A stretch of DNA of 62,609 nt from a virus (taxonomy: Duplodnaviria; Caudoviricetes): positions 1 to 62,609 of IMG/VR virus record IMGVR_UViG_3300028909_000024; one strand, given 5' to 3'. Positions within the stretch are counted from its first letter, which is position 1; the number at the start of each line of letters is the position of its first letter. The notes under the pieces are model-generated. The model worked only from the letters and a program-made list of their open reading frames with translations, was not told where the DNA came from and searched no databases. A program made the position numbers and the translations under genes. Shown here piece by piece: positions 1-10,900 of this stretch.

Positions 1-157
1 TTGCGACAGTTCAGGGGTTTGGTGTGGCTCTGACCTCTGGAACCTCAGCGACCATAACCTCAATGGGCCTAACCCCAGGTGACTGGGATGTCACAGGTGT
101 GGGGTTGGTCACGCCAAGTGGCGGAGCGACGATCTCTAACTTTGCGTCCAGCACATC
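1..157. repeat. Terminal direct repeat, left copy (circular overlap)
   Basis: Identical to 62453-62609 except C127 vs T62579; ORF frame is continuous across the junction. Confidence 0.97.
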
Positions 158-356
158 AACGGCGAGTAGTGTCCTGGGCGCTTTCCCCTATGCCGCCATC
201 ATGAGCGCCAGCACGACGGGCCAGATGTCTGCGGCGCTGCCGACACGGCGCGTAAGCGTTTCGGCGTTCACGACGATCTATCTTGTGACCCAAGCTAGCT
301 TCAGCGGGGGCACCGTCAATGGCGCTGGGTATCTCTATGCGAGGCGCGTGAGATGA
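1..356 (+). CDS. C-terminal part of the tailspike that starts at 60694 (wraps the circular junction)
   Basis: ORF 24..356 is in frame with the open frame from ATG 60694; C-terminus (GDWDVTG...TIYLVTQASFSGGTVNGAGYLYARRVR) resembles tail-fibre/spike ends. Confidence 0.85.
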   Translation, partial: ATVQGFGVALTSGTSATITSMGLTPGDWDVTGVGLVTPSGGATISNFASSTSTASSVLGAFPYAAIMSASTTGQMSAALPTRRVSVSAFTTIYLVTQASFSGGTVNGAGYLYARRVR

Positions 357-399
357 TCACGGGCGCCGTCATTTTCCAAACCACATAGGAGGCTGCGGG

Positions 400-1374
400 A
401 TGGCTGCGCCCACTATTTCCACGGCTTCCAGCTTCAACATGACGCGGGACAAGATTTGCCAGCGGGCATTGCGTCTTCTGCAAGCGATTGAGGCCGGGGA
501 AACGCCTGGTGCCGATCTGATGGCGACCGCCGTTGAAGCCCTAAACGCTTGGACCAAAGAGCAGCAGGCGACGGGCCTGCATCTGTGGACGGAAACTGAG
601 GGTGTCGTCATCCCTGTGCCCGGTCAGAATTCCTATGCCCTTGGCACCGGAACGCCAGATATGGCCGTCAACGGACCTCTGTATGGGGTTCTGTCGGCCG
701 GGAACGCAGCGGGGAGCACGGTAATCAATCTGGTGGCCCCTCCAGGCACCGTGGATGGCGATACACTGGCTATCTTGTCTGCGGCCGGGCAGTTCACGCT
801 TTCAACCATTACCGCCATTGGCGCATCCACCGTGACGATTGCTGCGCCGGGGCTTTTGGTGGCCGCTAACCAAAATGCCCCCGTCCTGACATGGCATTCG
901 ACGGCGACGATGAGCCGACCCCTGCGTGTTTTGTCGCTGCGCCGATACAATCTGCAGAGCAAGATCAACGTTCCGCTCATGCCGCTTGCCCGGCTGGATT
1001 TCCGCGGCCTGCCGAACCAGCAGCAGCCGGGCGTCATCAATTCGTGGTTCTATGACCCCCAGCTTACCTTTGGCCGTCTGTGGCTCTGGCTCTCACCTCA
1101 GAACCCCATCGGGGATGTCTGCAATATCACCTATATGCGGCCACTGAATGATTGGACCAACCCCAGCAATATCGGGGATTTTCCGCAAGAATGGCTGTCC
1201 TGCATCGCCTATAATCTTGCGGTCGAGATGCTGCCAGAATTTGGTGTTCCGACCACGCAAGCGCAATTACTGATCCAGATGGCGGCCCAAAAGCTTGATA
1301 TCTGCCAGGGCTTCGATAAGGAGCCCGAAAGCGTTTTCTTTGGCTATGCGTCTGAGCCGGGGTTCTTCCGCTAA
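400..1374 (+). CDS. Head-tail adaptor / tail tubular protein (P22 gp4-like) with inserted beta-rich domain
   Basis: ICQRALRLL...GETP...ALNAW start and FPQEW...YNLAVEMLPEFG end; position before gp10-like gene; RBS AGGAGG. Confidence 0.7.
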   Translation: MAAPTISTASSFNMTRDKICQRALRLLQAIEAGETPGADLMATAVEALNAWTKEQQATGLHLWTETEGVVIPVPGQNSYALGTGTPDMAVNGPLYGVLSAGNAAGSTVINLVAPPGTVDGDTLAILSAAGQFTLSTITAIGASTVTIAAPGLLVAANQNAPVLTWHSTATMSRPLRVLSLRRYNLQSKINVPLMPLARLDFRGLPNQQQPGVINSWFYDPQLTFGRLWLWLSPQNPIGDVCNITYMRPLNDWTNPSNIGDFPQEWLSCIAYNLAVEMLPEFGVPTTQAQLLIQMAAQKLDICQGFDKEPESVFFGYASEPGFFR

Positions 1375-3053
1375 TGGGCATGCAGCAAATTCCGTTTGTG
1401 CCGATGCAGGGAAAATCCCGGTCAAGCACGCTTGATGCTCAGGTTTGCATCAACTTCTTTGCCGAACAGGCGCCGAGCAAGGATGCGGAAAGCGAGGTCA
1501 TGGCGGTCGGGGTGCCTGGCCTGAAGGTCTTTTCAAGCCTTTCCACTGGCCCTATACGCGCCTTCCATATCGTCAATGACCTGCTTTACGTCGTGAGCGG
1601 ACCCGGACTGTTCAGCCTCAGCAAAACTGGGGTTGTGTCTGATTGTGGGACTGGGATTGCCGGTTCCAGCGTGGTCAATGTGGCGGATAATGGCCAACAA
1701 ATCCTCATCGTCAACGGTCAGGAGGGCTACCTCTACCAGATCAGCACAAACACCCTGACCCAGATCGGCCCAAATACGGTCATTGACGTGCAGATTTCGT
1801 CGGAGGCTGTGCCTGGTGACGAAGCTCTTAATATCACGGTAACCACGACAAATCAGACTGTCGAAAATATCACTATTCCATCAGACATTACTGGCCCTGG
1901 CATTCCACCAGGGACGTCGATACTTTCAGTTTCAGGAAATATCCTGAATATTTCAGCGCCAATTACCCAGGATTTGCCAGTTGGAACGGCTTTGGTTGTA
2001 ACAGTGATTGGTACGAACGCCTTTTACCCGGCAAAGACGGTGACATTTATTGACGGATATTTTGTCCTAGAGCGCACTGGCACGGCGGAGTTTTTCTATA
2101 GCGGTCTCTACAATGGTGCGACCTATAACGGGCTGGACTATGCGACCAAGGAAAGCAATTCGGACTTTTTGCAGGGCGTCATCAATCTCCATCAGCTTCT
2201 GATCCTGATCGGCGAGCGCACGTCTGAGCTTTGGTATGATTCGGGAACCACGGATGCGCCGTTTTCACCCTACACCAGTTCAGCGATCCAGCGCGGGACC
2301 GCAGCGCCTTACAGCATCGTCCTTGAGGACAATGCGATTTTCTTTCTGGGCGATGACCTGATTTTCTACCGGTTTCAGACCTATTTGCCCGTGCGCATAA
2401 GCACGCATGTTGAGGAATCGGTCTGGGCTTCCTACGGCAGCTATGCCGATGCATTCGCCTTTGTGACGATCTGGCAGGGGCACAAGTTCATCAATCTCAC
2501 ATTCCCGTCGGCGCCCGGCGATCAGCCACGGACATGGGTCTTCGATATCGCCACATCCCTCTGGCATGTGCGGGATAGCGTGGATCAAGACAATGTCAGC
2601 ATGGCCAGATGGCGTGGAAATGCAGGGATTATGTATTTCGGTCAGACCCTTATCGGGGACTGCGTCAACGGAAATGTGGGCGTTTGGGACTACGACACGT
2701 TCACCGAATACGGAAATACGATCGTCGGGCAGGTTAGTTCGCCGCCTATCCATAAAAACCGGCGCCGGATCTTCATGCGGGCTCTGGAAGTCTACATGGA
2801 AAGCGGGACGGGGCTCCAGGAGGGCGAAGGGTCTGACCCGCAGATCTATCTGGATTACAGCGATGATGGCGGCAAGACGTGGTCTGCGCGGAAATTGCCG
2901 CAATCCTTTGGCCCACAAGGGCAATACAAGAAGCGTTGCCGGTGGCTGCGCCTAGGCCAAGCACGCACGCGGACCCTTCGATTGACGATCACAGATCCGG
3001 TCAGGCGCAACATCATTGGCGCCTACCTTGATGTCCAAGCAGGAGAATCATAA
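1374..3053 (+). CDS. Tail hub / packaged-DNA stabilization protein (P22 gp10-like)
   Basis: Beta-propeller-like repeats (VADNGQQILIVNG, TFIDGYFV, TWVFDIATSLWH) and C-terminal SDDGGKTWS...GQYKKRCRWLRLGQAR. Confidence 0.85.
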   Translation: MGMQQIPFVPMQGKSRSSTLDAQVCINFFAEQAPSKDAESEVMAVGVPGLKVFSSLSTGPIRAFHIVNDLLYVVSGPGLFSLSKTGVVSDCGTGIAGSSVVNVADNGQQILIVNGQEGYLYQISTNTLTQIGPNTVIDVQISSEAVPGDEALNITVTTTNQTVENITIPSDITGPGIPPGTSILSVSGNILNISAPITQDLPVGTALVVTVIGTNAFYPAKTVTFIDGYFVLERTGTAEFFYSGLYNGATYNGLDYATKESNSDFLQGVINLHQLLILIGERTSELWYDSGTTDAPFSPYTSSAIQRGTAAPYSIVLEDNAIFFLGDDLIFYRFQTYLPVRISTHVEESVWASYGSYADAFAFVTIWQGHKFINLTFPSAPGDQPRTWVFDIATSLWHVRDSVDQDNVSMARWRGNAGIMYFGQTLIGDCVNGNVGVWDYDTFTEYGNTIVGQVSSPPIHKNRRRIFMRALEVYMESGTGLQEGEGSDPQIYLDYSDDGGKTWSARKLPQSFGPQGQYKKRCRWLRLGQARTRTLRLTITDPVRRNIIGAYLDVQAGES

Positions 3054-3056
3054 TCC

Positions 3057-3326
3057 ATGGCCACAAACACGGGACTGACCCTCCCGCCGCTGCAAAGCAT
3101 CCAGTTCATCGACCCATCCTCCGGTCAATTGACCCCGATGGGCCTCACTGCTTTGCAGAAGATCGTAACGGCCATCCAAGCGCTTCAGGATGGCACCGTT
3201 CTGCCGGCGTATTTCCCCACGCCCACAAGCACGAGCTGCGCCAATGATGGAGCGGCAGAGGCTATTGGTGTGAAGGTCGGCCAGCTTTACCGCAATGGCT
3301 CAGTCATTCAGGAGCGCATCATCTGA
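3057..3326 (+). CDS. Small tail-associated protein
   Basis: RBS GGAG, coupled within the tail operon; FIDPSSGQLT motif at the position following gp10. Confidence 0.55.
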   Translation: MATNTGLTLPPLQSIQFIDPSSGQLTPMGLTALQKIVTAIQALQDGTVLPAYFPTPTSTSCANDGAAEAIGVKVGQLYRNGSVIQERII

Positions 3327-3877
3327 TGTCCGAGTTTCTTAAACTCGCTTCTGGCTTGGATGTGTCGTCTTTGGCCTTGGAAATTCATCGCCAACCCGAA
3401 CTCTGGGATCAAAACCCCACGCGCCGCACGTTCGAGAACACTCCACATGCCGACATGACGGACATATGGATCAGGTTCAGAGCTGAGGAAGAATTGCGCA
3501 GTCTGGAAGACCACAAGACCGAGCATCGCTGTGTTTTTTGGCCTGCGTGGTATGCCCTGCCGTCGTTACGTCCCCTCGTCTTTGGTATGATGACGAAGGT
3601 GCAGGCTACCGAACTTGGATCAGTGCTTGTGACCCGCTTGCCGCAGGGGGGCACGATCAAGACCCATACCGATGCAGGGGCATGGGCGCCGGAATTCTTC
3701 AACATGAAGCTGCACCTGATCCTGTCGGGGCAAGCGATCGTCACGTGCCTTGAGGAAAGCCAAGTTTTTGGGAAGGGTGACCTCTTCACCTTCGACAATC
3801 TCAAACTGCATTCGGTCGAGAACCATTGGCCGGAAGACCGAATAGCGCTGATCGTCTCCATGAGGGTTGAGGCATGA
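3326..3877 (+). CDS. Aspartyl/asparaginyl beta-hydroxylase-like 2OG-Fe(II) oxygenase
   Basis: IKTHTD (HxD) and FDNLKLHSVEN...DRIALIV (distal His and 2OG-binding Arg). Confidence 0.8.
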   Translation: MSEFLKLASGLDVSSLALEIHRQPELWDQNPTRRTFENTPHADMTDIWIRFRAEEELRSLEDHKTEHRCVFWPAWYALPSLRPLVFGMMTKVQATELGSVLVTRLPQGGTIKTHTDAGAWAPEFFNMKLHLILSGQAIVTCLEESQVFGKGDLFTFDNLKLHSVENHWPEDRIALIVSMRVEA

Positions 3878-4203
3878 GCGTTGTTCGTAATCTCTCTGGG
3901 GGGGGTATCGCATTCTGGTGTCCAGGCTGTGAAGATACCCATCAGGTCAATTCTCAGCCGGAAAGGTCGCGATGGGCATATAACGGTAACCCTGCAAAGC
4001 CGACATTTTCACCTTCTATCTTGGTAACCTATCAGGACTTGAGCGGGGACGGTCAGCATGAGAGGTGCCATTCCTTCGTCACGGATGGTCGCATTCAGTT
4101 CCTAAGCGATTGCACGCATAAACTTGTCGGCCAAACCGTTGATCTGCCGCAATGGCCATACGCGCCAGGCACTTATGGTGGCATAGAGGAACCAGAAGCA
4201 TGA
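3874..4203 (+). CDS. DUF6527-like Cys/His metal-binding protein
   Basis: FWCPGCEDTH...WAYNGN..KPTFSPSIL...RCHSFVTDGRIQFLSDCTH pattern. Confidence 0.7.
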   Translation: MSVVRNLSGGGIAFWCPGCEDTHQVNSQPERSRWAYNGNPAKPTFSPSILVTYQDLSGDGQHERCHSFVTDGRIQFLSDCTHKLVGQTVDLPQWPYAPGTYGGIEEPEA

Positions 4204-4586
4204 ATCGGCCCTGCGATACTTGCGGTGGGGCCTTGGATGGCCGCTGCTATGTTCGGTCGGGAAATCAGCCTGAGACCATGGAATTTGTGGTCGATGGCAT
4301 GTGGATCAACCAAGTGACTTTAAAGGGCAAAGACTTGGCCCTTCCTCAGCATAGCCACAAATTTGAGCACCTCAGCGCGATTACGCGAGGAAGCGTTAGG
4401 GTTATCTGCGAAGGAATGCCTGATCGAGAATTCACTGCAACAGATGTCCCAGCTATGGTCAGAATTCCTGCAAACGCTAAACATCTGTTCATTACCCTCA
4501 GTGATGAGGTAACTATCCTTTGCCTACACAGAATTGACCGCACTGGCGCTGTGGAGATTGCTGAAGAGCATCACATTGTGGAGTAA
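4200..4586 (+). CDS. Cupin-fold protein
   Basis: PQHSHKFEHLS..RGSVRV and IPANAKH cupin motifs; ATGA coupling at 4200. Confidence 0.7.
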   Translation: MNRPCDTCGGALDGRCYVRSGNQPETMEFVVDGMWINQVTLKGKDLALPQHSHKFEHLSAITRGSVRVICEGMPDREFTATDVPAMVRIPANAKHLFITLSDEVTILCLHRIDRTGAVEIAEEHHIVE

Positions 4587-4591
4587 ATCCA

Positions 4592-5602
4592 GTGCCGTTC
4601 GCCGCTGTAGGAGCCGCTGCTGCCGCCGTAACTGCCGGAACGCAGATTTATGGTGCAGTTTCGGCGGGGAATAACTCGTCAGGATCTGCACTAGAGGCAG
4701 CCAAGATTCAAGCCCAAGCGGAGCAGAACGCTGAGGATATTGCGTCTCAAAACGCAGATCAAACGTCGCTGATTACTCAGCAAAATCAGCAGGCCAGCAC
4801 CGCAGCGGCAAACCAATACTACAACACCGCCTCGTCTAACCTTACGCCTGCCATTTCGACTGGCAATTCTGCGCTCTATTCGCTGGCTAACCTGTATGGT
4901 TTGAACGGCACAAGCGGCACGGCGGCGGCCAATCAGACAACGGCAGGGCAGGCACTACAGCAGCTTCAGGGGCTTTCTGGCATCGGGGGCGCAAGTTCAG
5001 CATCTGCCTTCAACAATGCCTATTCGGCGTTTCAGAACAGCCCCACATACCAGTTTGCAGCTCAGCAGGGATCGCAGGCTTTGGATCGCTCGGCCGCATC
5101 CACAGGAACGCTTCTTTCCGGCGGACAGATCAAAGCTGCTGAAAGCTATGGCTCAGGTTTGGCCAGCCAGGGGCTGTCTCAATACACATCGAACCTGCAA
5201 AACCTTTACAGCGGGCAGGTTTCTGGGTTGCAGAACCTGGGTTCGACGGGCGAAAGCGCGGCATCAACACTCGGCAGTCTTGGCTCTCAAGCGGCTGGGA
5301 CAATCGCTGGTGTGAATAACAGCGCATCCAGCACGATTGGATCTGCCCTTTCCAGCGCTTCCAGCGCGGAAACGAATGCCGCTCAGAATTCCGGGACCGC
5401 TCAGGCATCCGGTGTCCTTGGATCGTCTCAAGCCCAAAACACAGAATTGGCTAATTCATTGGCCTCTTTGACCGGCAACAACAGCAGCTACTCTAACAGC
5501 AATGCGTTGGGGTCAATCCTTGGGGGCGTTTCCAGCTTGTTTGGAAGCAGCGGAAGCAGTGGCCTAGCGTCTACCGGAAATACGGGTTGGGTAACCACAT
5601 GA
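4592..5602 (+). CDS. DNA ejection/pilot protein (P22 gp7-like)
   Basis: Hydrophobic Ala/Gly N-terminus; SPTYQFAAQQGSQALDRSAASTGTLLSG motif typical of gp7-like proteins. Confidence 0.75.
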   Translation: MPFAAVGAAAAAVTAGTQIYGAVSAGNNSSGSALEAAKIQAQAEQNAEDIASQNADQTSLITQQNQQASTAAANQYYNTASSNLTPAISTGNSALYSLANLYGLNGTSGTAAANQTTAGQALQQLQGLSGIGGASSASAFNNAYSAFQNSPTYQFAAQQGSQALDRSAASTGTLLSGGQIKAAESYGSGLASQGLSQYTSNLQNLYSGQVSGLQNLGSTGESAASTLGSLGSQAAGTIAGVNNSASSTIGSALSSASSAETNAAQNSGTAQASGVLGSSQAQNTELANSLASLTGNNSSYSNSNALGSILGGVSSLFGSSGSSGLASTGNTGWVTT

Positions 5603-7950
5603 GCGATTTCACGATTGAGCAAAGCCAGCCGCAATACAATCCGTGGACGCCGCTTGAGGCGATGGGGTCAATTGCCCAGCAGAATAATGCGGTTCAGCAG
5701 GGGCAGATTCAGAACCAAGGCAGCTTGCTGAACCTGCAACTTCAGAAGGCTCGGCTTCAGCCAATTCTATCAGCGTTGCAAGGTTACCAGTCCCAACTGC
5801 CCCCGCAGCAACCTGGGAACGGGTCTGCACTTGCAACGGCAAGCGCCCCAATTACGCCAGTGGGATCGGCTCCATTGGGTGCAGCAGGCGCTTCTGGGGC
5901 TGCTGCTCCAGGTGGCCCTGGCGGTGGACCGGGCATGGCGCCCGGCGGAAGCGCTTTGGCTGCCATGGGCGGTTCAGGTGCTGGTGGTTCTGCTCCTATG
6001 GGCGCATCGGGGGGCAGTCCCTCTACGGACGGTCTACCGCCCGGCCCAGGCGATCTCGCAGCCAGTCAGGTTGGGTTTCCCATGCCTGTCCTGCAATACG
6101 CATCGGCAGCGACCTCGCAAGATCCCTCGGGTGCATTGGCCAAAATTGCAGAGACGCGCCGTCAGTTGCTCTATACCGGGGCAGCCTCGGCCAATAGCCC
6201 AGAGGCATGGAATTCGTTTGTGATGAGCGCCTACCAGAATGGGTGGGCGACCGCTGGGCAGACGCAGCAGCTTCTCAACCATTTTGAGTTGCAGCCTCGG
6301 GTTTTGCAGGCCATGGCAAGCCCGGACGAGAACCTGAAATATACCGGCGAGATTTCCGGTCAGGGTCTTGCTGTGGATGCCAATGGCAATCCAGTTCCGG
6401 GGGCTGCGCAAATCGCTGCGAGGGGTGATCTGGCTCAGGCTGACGCGGCCGGCAAGAATGCCGGTAACCTTCCGCTGGCGGGAACGATCGCGCAAGCGAC
6501 GGCTGCTGGCACGCAGGCTGGTGAATTGCCCTATGTGGGTCCGCGCGCTGCTGCGGCGGCCGGGGCAACGCTGCCCTATGATGTTACCAAAGCGCAGGCA
6601 GCCCCGTATTCGCTGCAACCCGGTGAAACGCGCATCAATCCAGCAATTCCAGGCATGCCCGATGGGTCTCTACCGCCCGGCGCCCCCGGCTCCGCGCCAT
6701 CGGGGCCGAACCCCAATAACCCTGGGAACCTCAAAAACCCTGGCGGCGTTGGTTTCCAGACCTTTGAAAGCCCCGTGGCGGGGCTTTTGGCCATGTCGGA
6801 CCAGTTGCAGCGCTATGGGCAGCGCGGGATCAATACGGTGGGCAGCATCGTGTCCACCTACGCACCATCGTCTGAGAACAACACGGCGGCTTATGCGGCA
6901 TCTGTCGCCAAATCGCTTGGCGTCGATCCGAATGCCCCGTTGAACTTGAATGACCCCAACATCCGGGCGCGCTTGGCTACAGCCATGCTGCAACAGGAAG
7001 GGAACTCGAAAGGTTTGGCCGCAGCCCTTGGCGGCGGCCCCGCACAAGCTGCTCCCGCACCGCAAGCGCAGTCTCTGGCTGTTCCTGCTCAAATCACCCC
7101 TGGTAGCGCAGACCAACTTCCTGGCGCAGCTCCTGCAGTTGGCCCTGTGGGGGCGGCAGTCGCTTCGCCAGCTGCTGCGCCCGCAATTGCGGCACCTGTG
7201 ACGCCCGCTCCCGCAGATCAAAATGCGGCGGCGCCAAGTGTTATCCCGCTCCCCGGTGGGGGAACATCCGTGCAGGCGCCAGCTCAGCCGCTGATTGATG
7301 TCGAGCAGGCAAAAGCGAACATCGGAGCTATGACCACCTACCGGCAGGGACTGCTCACCAACGCACAGGCGTCCGTGCAGCAGAATGCTGTTCTTGATCA
7401 GATGCAGCAGGAAGCTGGGGGCTTTACGCAGGGTGAATTCGCCGATGTGAAAGGCGCTGCCGGGTCTTACTTGGACGGGTTCGCAAAGACTTTTGGCGTC
7501 CCAGAATCGCAATCGTTCAGCCAAGGGGTGGGTGATTGGCAGGCTTTCAACAAGAACGCCGGCAATCTTGCCCGGTCGGCGGCCCATGAGTTGGGATCGC
7601 GCACGGGCGTTCAGGAACTGGCTATGATCCAGCGGACGCTGCCCAGCGACGAAACGTCCTCTCAGGGCTTTTCGATGGTTAAAAACCAATTGCAGGGCAT
7701 CAATGATTTTGCCATCGCGAAGTCTGCGGCATCTGCCAATTTCACGGGCAATCCGAACCAGTTTGAGGCAAATTGGAACGCCAATGTTTCGCCATCGGCG
7801 TTCATCATCAATCGGATGAGCCCGGCAGACTTTCAAGCGATGGCCGAGAAGCTAAAACAGACCCCCGAAGGGCTGCAAACCCTGAAGCAGATGCGCGATG
7901 AATACGCCTATGCGCAAAATCAGGGGCTGTTCAAAATGGTGCAACCCTAA
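5599..7950 (+). CDS. Internal virion/ejection protein with putative muralytic NNPGN domain
   Basis: ATGA overlap at 5599; NNPGNLK...F.TFES..AG..AM...L..Y...TVGSIVSTYAPSSENNT..Y domain at ~6705-7010. Confidence 0.7.
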   Translation: MSDFTIEQSQPQYNPWTPLEAMGSIAQQNNAVQQGQIQNQGSLLNLQLQKARLQPILSALQGYQSQLPPQQPGNGSALATASAPITPVGSAPLGAAGASGAAAPGGPGGGPGMAPGGSALAAMGGSGAGGSAPMGASGGSPSTDGLPPGPGDLAASQVGFPMPVLQYASAATSQDPSGALAKIAETRRQLLYTGAASANSPEAWNSFVMSAYQNGWATAGQTQQLLNHFELQPRVLQAMASPDENLKYTGEISGQGLAVDANGNPVPGAAQIAARGDLAQADAAGKNAGNLPLAGTIAQATAAGTQAGELPYVGPRAAAAAGATLPYDVTKAQAAPYSLQPGETRINPAIPGMPDGSLPPGAPGSAPSGPNPNNPGNLKNPGGVGFQTFESPVAGLLAMSDQLQRYGQRGINTVGSIVSTYAPSSENNTAAYAASVAKSLGVDPNAPLNLNDPNIRARLATAMLQQEGNSKGLAAALGGGPAQAAPAPQAQSLAVPAQITPGSADQLPGAAPAVGPVGAAVASPAAAPAIAAPVTPAPADQNAAAPSVIPLPGGGTSVQAPAQPLIDVEQAKANIGAMTTYRQGLLTNAQASVQQNAVLDQMQQEAGGFTQGEFADVKGAAGSYLDGFAKTFGVPESQSFSQGVGDWQAFNKNAGNLARSAAHELGSRTGVQELAMIQRTLPSDETSSQGFSMVKNQLQGINDFAIAKSAASANFTGNPNQFEANWNANVSPSAFIINRMSPADFQAMAEKLKQTPEGLQTLKQMRDEYAYAQNQGLFKMVQP

Positions 7951-10900
7951 TGGCTGATCTGGCTGACTTTGACAGCGTGCTGGCTCCGGTTGCGCCTACC
8001 GCAAGTTCTACGCCTGCACCCGTGACGACGTCTGTGCCTTCTGCTGCGGCGCCTGCTGCTTCACCAGTAGGAAATGGCTCAGCGCAGTATCCATGGGTAG
8101 CGCCTCATCCGGTCCCTGATGGTTCTGGGGGCCTGACGAACCTATCCGATGCGGACTATGCCAAGTTCATGGCGGGCGCTCCTCCTTCCTCTGGATCGGT
8201 GACGCCTCCTCCTGCTCCAAATGCACCCATGCCATCTGCGCCCGGTGGGGGCCAAGCTACACCCACAACCCAAGTAACTCCGGCTTCTGCAGTAACTTCT
8301 CAGCAAGATCCTAAGCTTGCAGCGATTGATAGCGCCATAGCGACGGCACCCAAAGAGGTTCAAAGCGCTTCTCCGGGGGCGCCCTCGTCTGACAAAGAAC
8401 CCGCCAAAGTGACTGGTCCCCTCGCAAATTTGGCGGCCGGCGCGAATGAGGCGGTGGCGGGCACGCTTGGGTTGCCGGTCGATTTGATGACGGGCGCGCT
8501 AAACCTCGGCGCCAAGGGGGTCAATGCCGTTGCGGGAACGAATATCCCGGCGATCCAAAACCCTGTTGGTGGCTCCAATTGGTGGCAGGGCGCCATGGGG
8601 CTGCTCGGGGCCAATCCTCAGAACGTCCAGGCCAATGGTCTTGGTGACAACATGGCGCGCGGGATCGGCGCCGGCGTGGCGGGCGCGGTTCTTCCTGGCG
8701 GGTTGGCGGGGCAGGCTGGCCGCGTAGCTGACGCTGTTGGTCAGGCGGCTCCTGTCATGCGTGGTGCGGCTGATGCGATTGCGGCTCCGAGTGCGTTGGC
8801 GAATGCGGCGGCGGGCGCTGGTGCTGGCGTTGGCGGCGCAGTGGCTCAATATGTGGTTCCGCAGCAATATTCTGCGCTGGCTGGCACGGTCGGCAATCTC
8901 ATTGGCGGCGGTGCTGTGGCGGCCGGCGAGGCTGCGACCAATGGCCTTGTGAATGCGGGCAGAAACGGGGCTCAATCTCTCCTTGGGCCAATCAGTTCCA
9001 ATAGCGGTTTGGCCCAGAGGGCAGCTCGTTTGGCTGGTGTGGATATCAGTCCGCAAACTCTGACGACTCCGGATGGCCAAACGGTTACAGCTTCTCCCGG
9101 CCAAATCGCGCGGGCGCAAAGTCAGTTGGCGGGTGCGGCGGATATGTCGCCCGGTGATCTCGCCGCGTCCATCCCGCCGCCTGATGAGGCAAATCCGATC
9201 CCAGGTGTTCAAGGAACGCTTGGACAGGTTTCTGACAATGCCGGGGTCATGGGGCTTGAGCGCACGCTTCGCACGCAAGGCCCGATTAAGAGCCGGGTTG
9301 GAATGGCGGCGGATGAGGCTCGCAACAATCAGGCTCGCTTGGATCTAATTCGGGGCATCGCAAGCCCGGATGCTCAGGCCGAAACAGCCGGCAACTACTT
9401 TCAGAAAGTCCAGCAGGGCATCGACCGTGCGGGCGATCTCGCGGTGTCTGCGAAGCAGCAACAGGCGGCTCAGGTGGCCGGGCAAGCTGGCGGTGCGGAA
9501 ACGGTGGCCGGCGCCGGTGGCCGCATTCGTGGCACTGTGGATGCGCAGCATAAGCCGTCAGTCTTGGAAGTCATGGCGGCGGAGGATCGAGCTAGGCAAT
9601 TGGCTGATGCCGGCAATAAGGCGGTCGGCGGTCTTGGGTCTGGATCGGAAGGGCAAACCGGTTTGCAACGCGCCGGAACAGCGGCTCGTGATCCTGTGGC
9701 GAATGTCATTAAGAACGAAAAGGAAGCAATCAGCCGGCTTTATAAGGTAGTCGAGGAGCATCATCGGGCGACGGTTGATGTCGGTCCTCTGAAGGATGTC
9801 GCCAAGAAGATCAGCAAGGAAATCGATCCGCAGAGCGGAGAGAGTTTGCCTGCGAGTGTTGAGCGTCGTCTTGATGCAATTCGGTCGGCGCCGGATCAGA
9901 TGCGGTTTAAGGCATTGCAGGACATGCGCCGCTTCGTGGGGGAGGATATCCGCAAGGCGCGTTTCGCCGGCAACATGAGCGAGGCCCGCCAGCTTGGGGA
10001 CATCAAGGCTGCCATAGATCAATCGGTGAATGAAGCAGTCAAAAGCATCGTTCGCGAGGAAGCCCCTGATGTTGTCTCGGGAAAGCTGGCTCGGCCTGAC
10101 AGTCTCCTCGGAAAGCTCGCGCAGCATGCAGCGGATGAAAAAGCCGCAGTGTTCACGCCGGTCGGGCGTCGGATTGAGACCAAGCCTGAAGTTGTCGAGG
10201 CGGGCAGTCTGCAAACCTCCCACAATGATGATCTATCCGTAAATCCAAGCTATCCGCAGGAGCTGCAGCCTCGTGATCGTGGCCGCATGGCCAGCGCAGC
10301 CCAGGTTGATCGCATGTCGCGGACCTTGCAGCCTGATCGGCTTGGGTTGTCTGGTGGAGCGAACGAGGGGGCGCCGATCGCTGGCCCTGATGGTGTGGTG
10401 GAAAGCGGAAACGGTCGTATCCTGGCCATCCGTCGTGCCTATGCCCAGAACACGCCAGCCGGACGCGCCTATCGTCAGTGGGTGGCCGGGCATGGTGTTG
10501 ATGTCTCGGGGATGCGTGAGCCGGTTCTTGTCCGGACGCGCACGACTGATCTCAGTCCGCAAGATCGTGTCCAGTTCACACGTGAGGCCAATGAGGGGAC
10601 CGGTTTGACGCTCGGCGCGGCGGAGCGTGCCCAGACCGATGCTCAATCCATCTCAAACGGGACATTGGCCAAATATGAGACCGGGGATGTGAACGCGGCG
10701 CAGAACCGGAATTTTGTCACGTCGATGATCAAGGATATCGGCAACGGCGATCATGGGCAGTTTGGGACGGCGGATGGTCGGTTGTCCCTCCAAGGTGCTG
10801 AGCGCATCCGGAATGCTCTCCTTCAGCGAGCCTATGGGGATCTGCATCTGGTCGCGGAAATCGCTGAGACCGGCGATCCTGACATCAAAGCATTCGGCGC

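Noticed and set aside
1-157. Terminal repeat as a biological DTR or att site
   Set aside because: It lies mid-gene with a continuous reading frame, which fits an assembly overlap of a circular or permuted genome; there is no flanking host DNA or integrase
3874-4203. Ammonia monooxygenase or other metabolic gene label sometimes given to this family
   Set aside because: Small soluble Cys/His protein with no AMO features
6670-7836. 388-aa minus-strand ORF (likewise 8499-9278, 12474-13388, 15065-16342, 39379-40335, 50834-51682, 58584-59660)
   Set aside because: Antisense shadows of well-supported GC-rich genes, with no motifs or RBS
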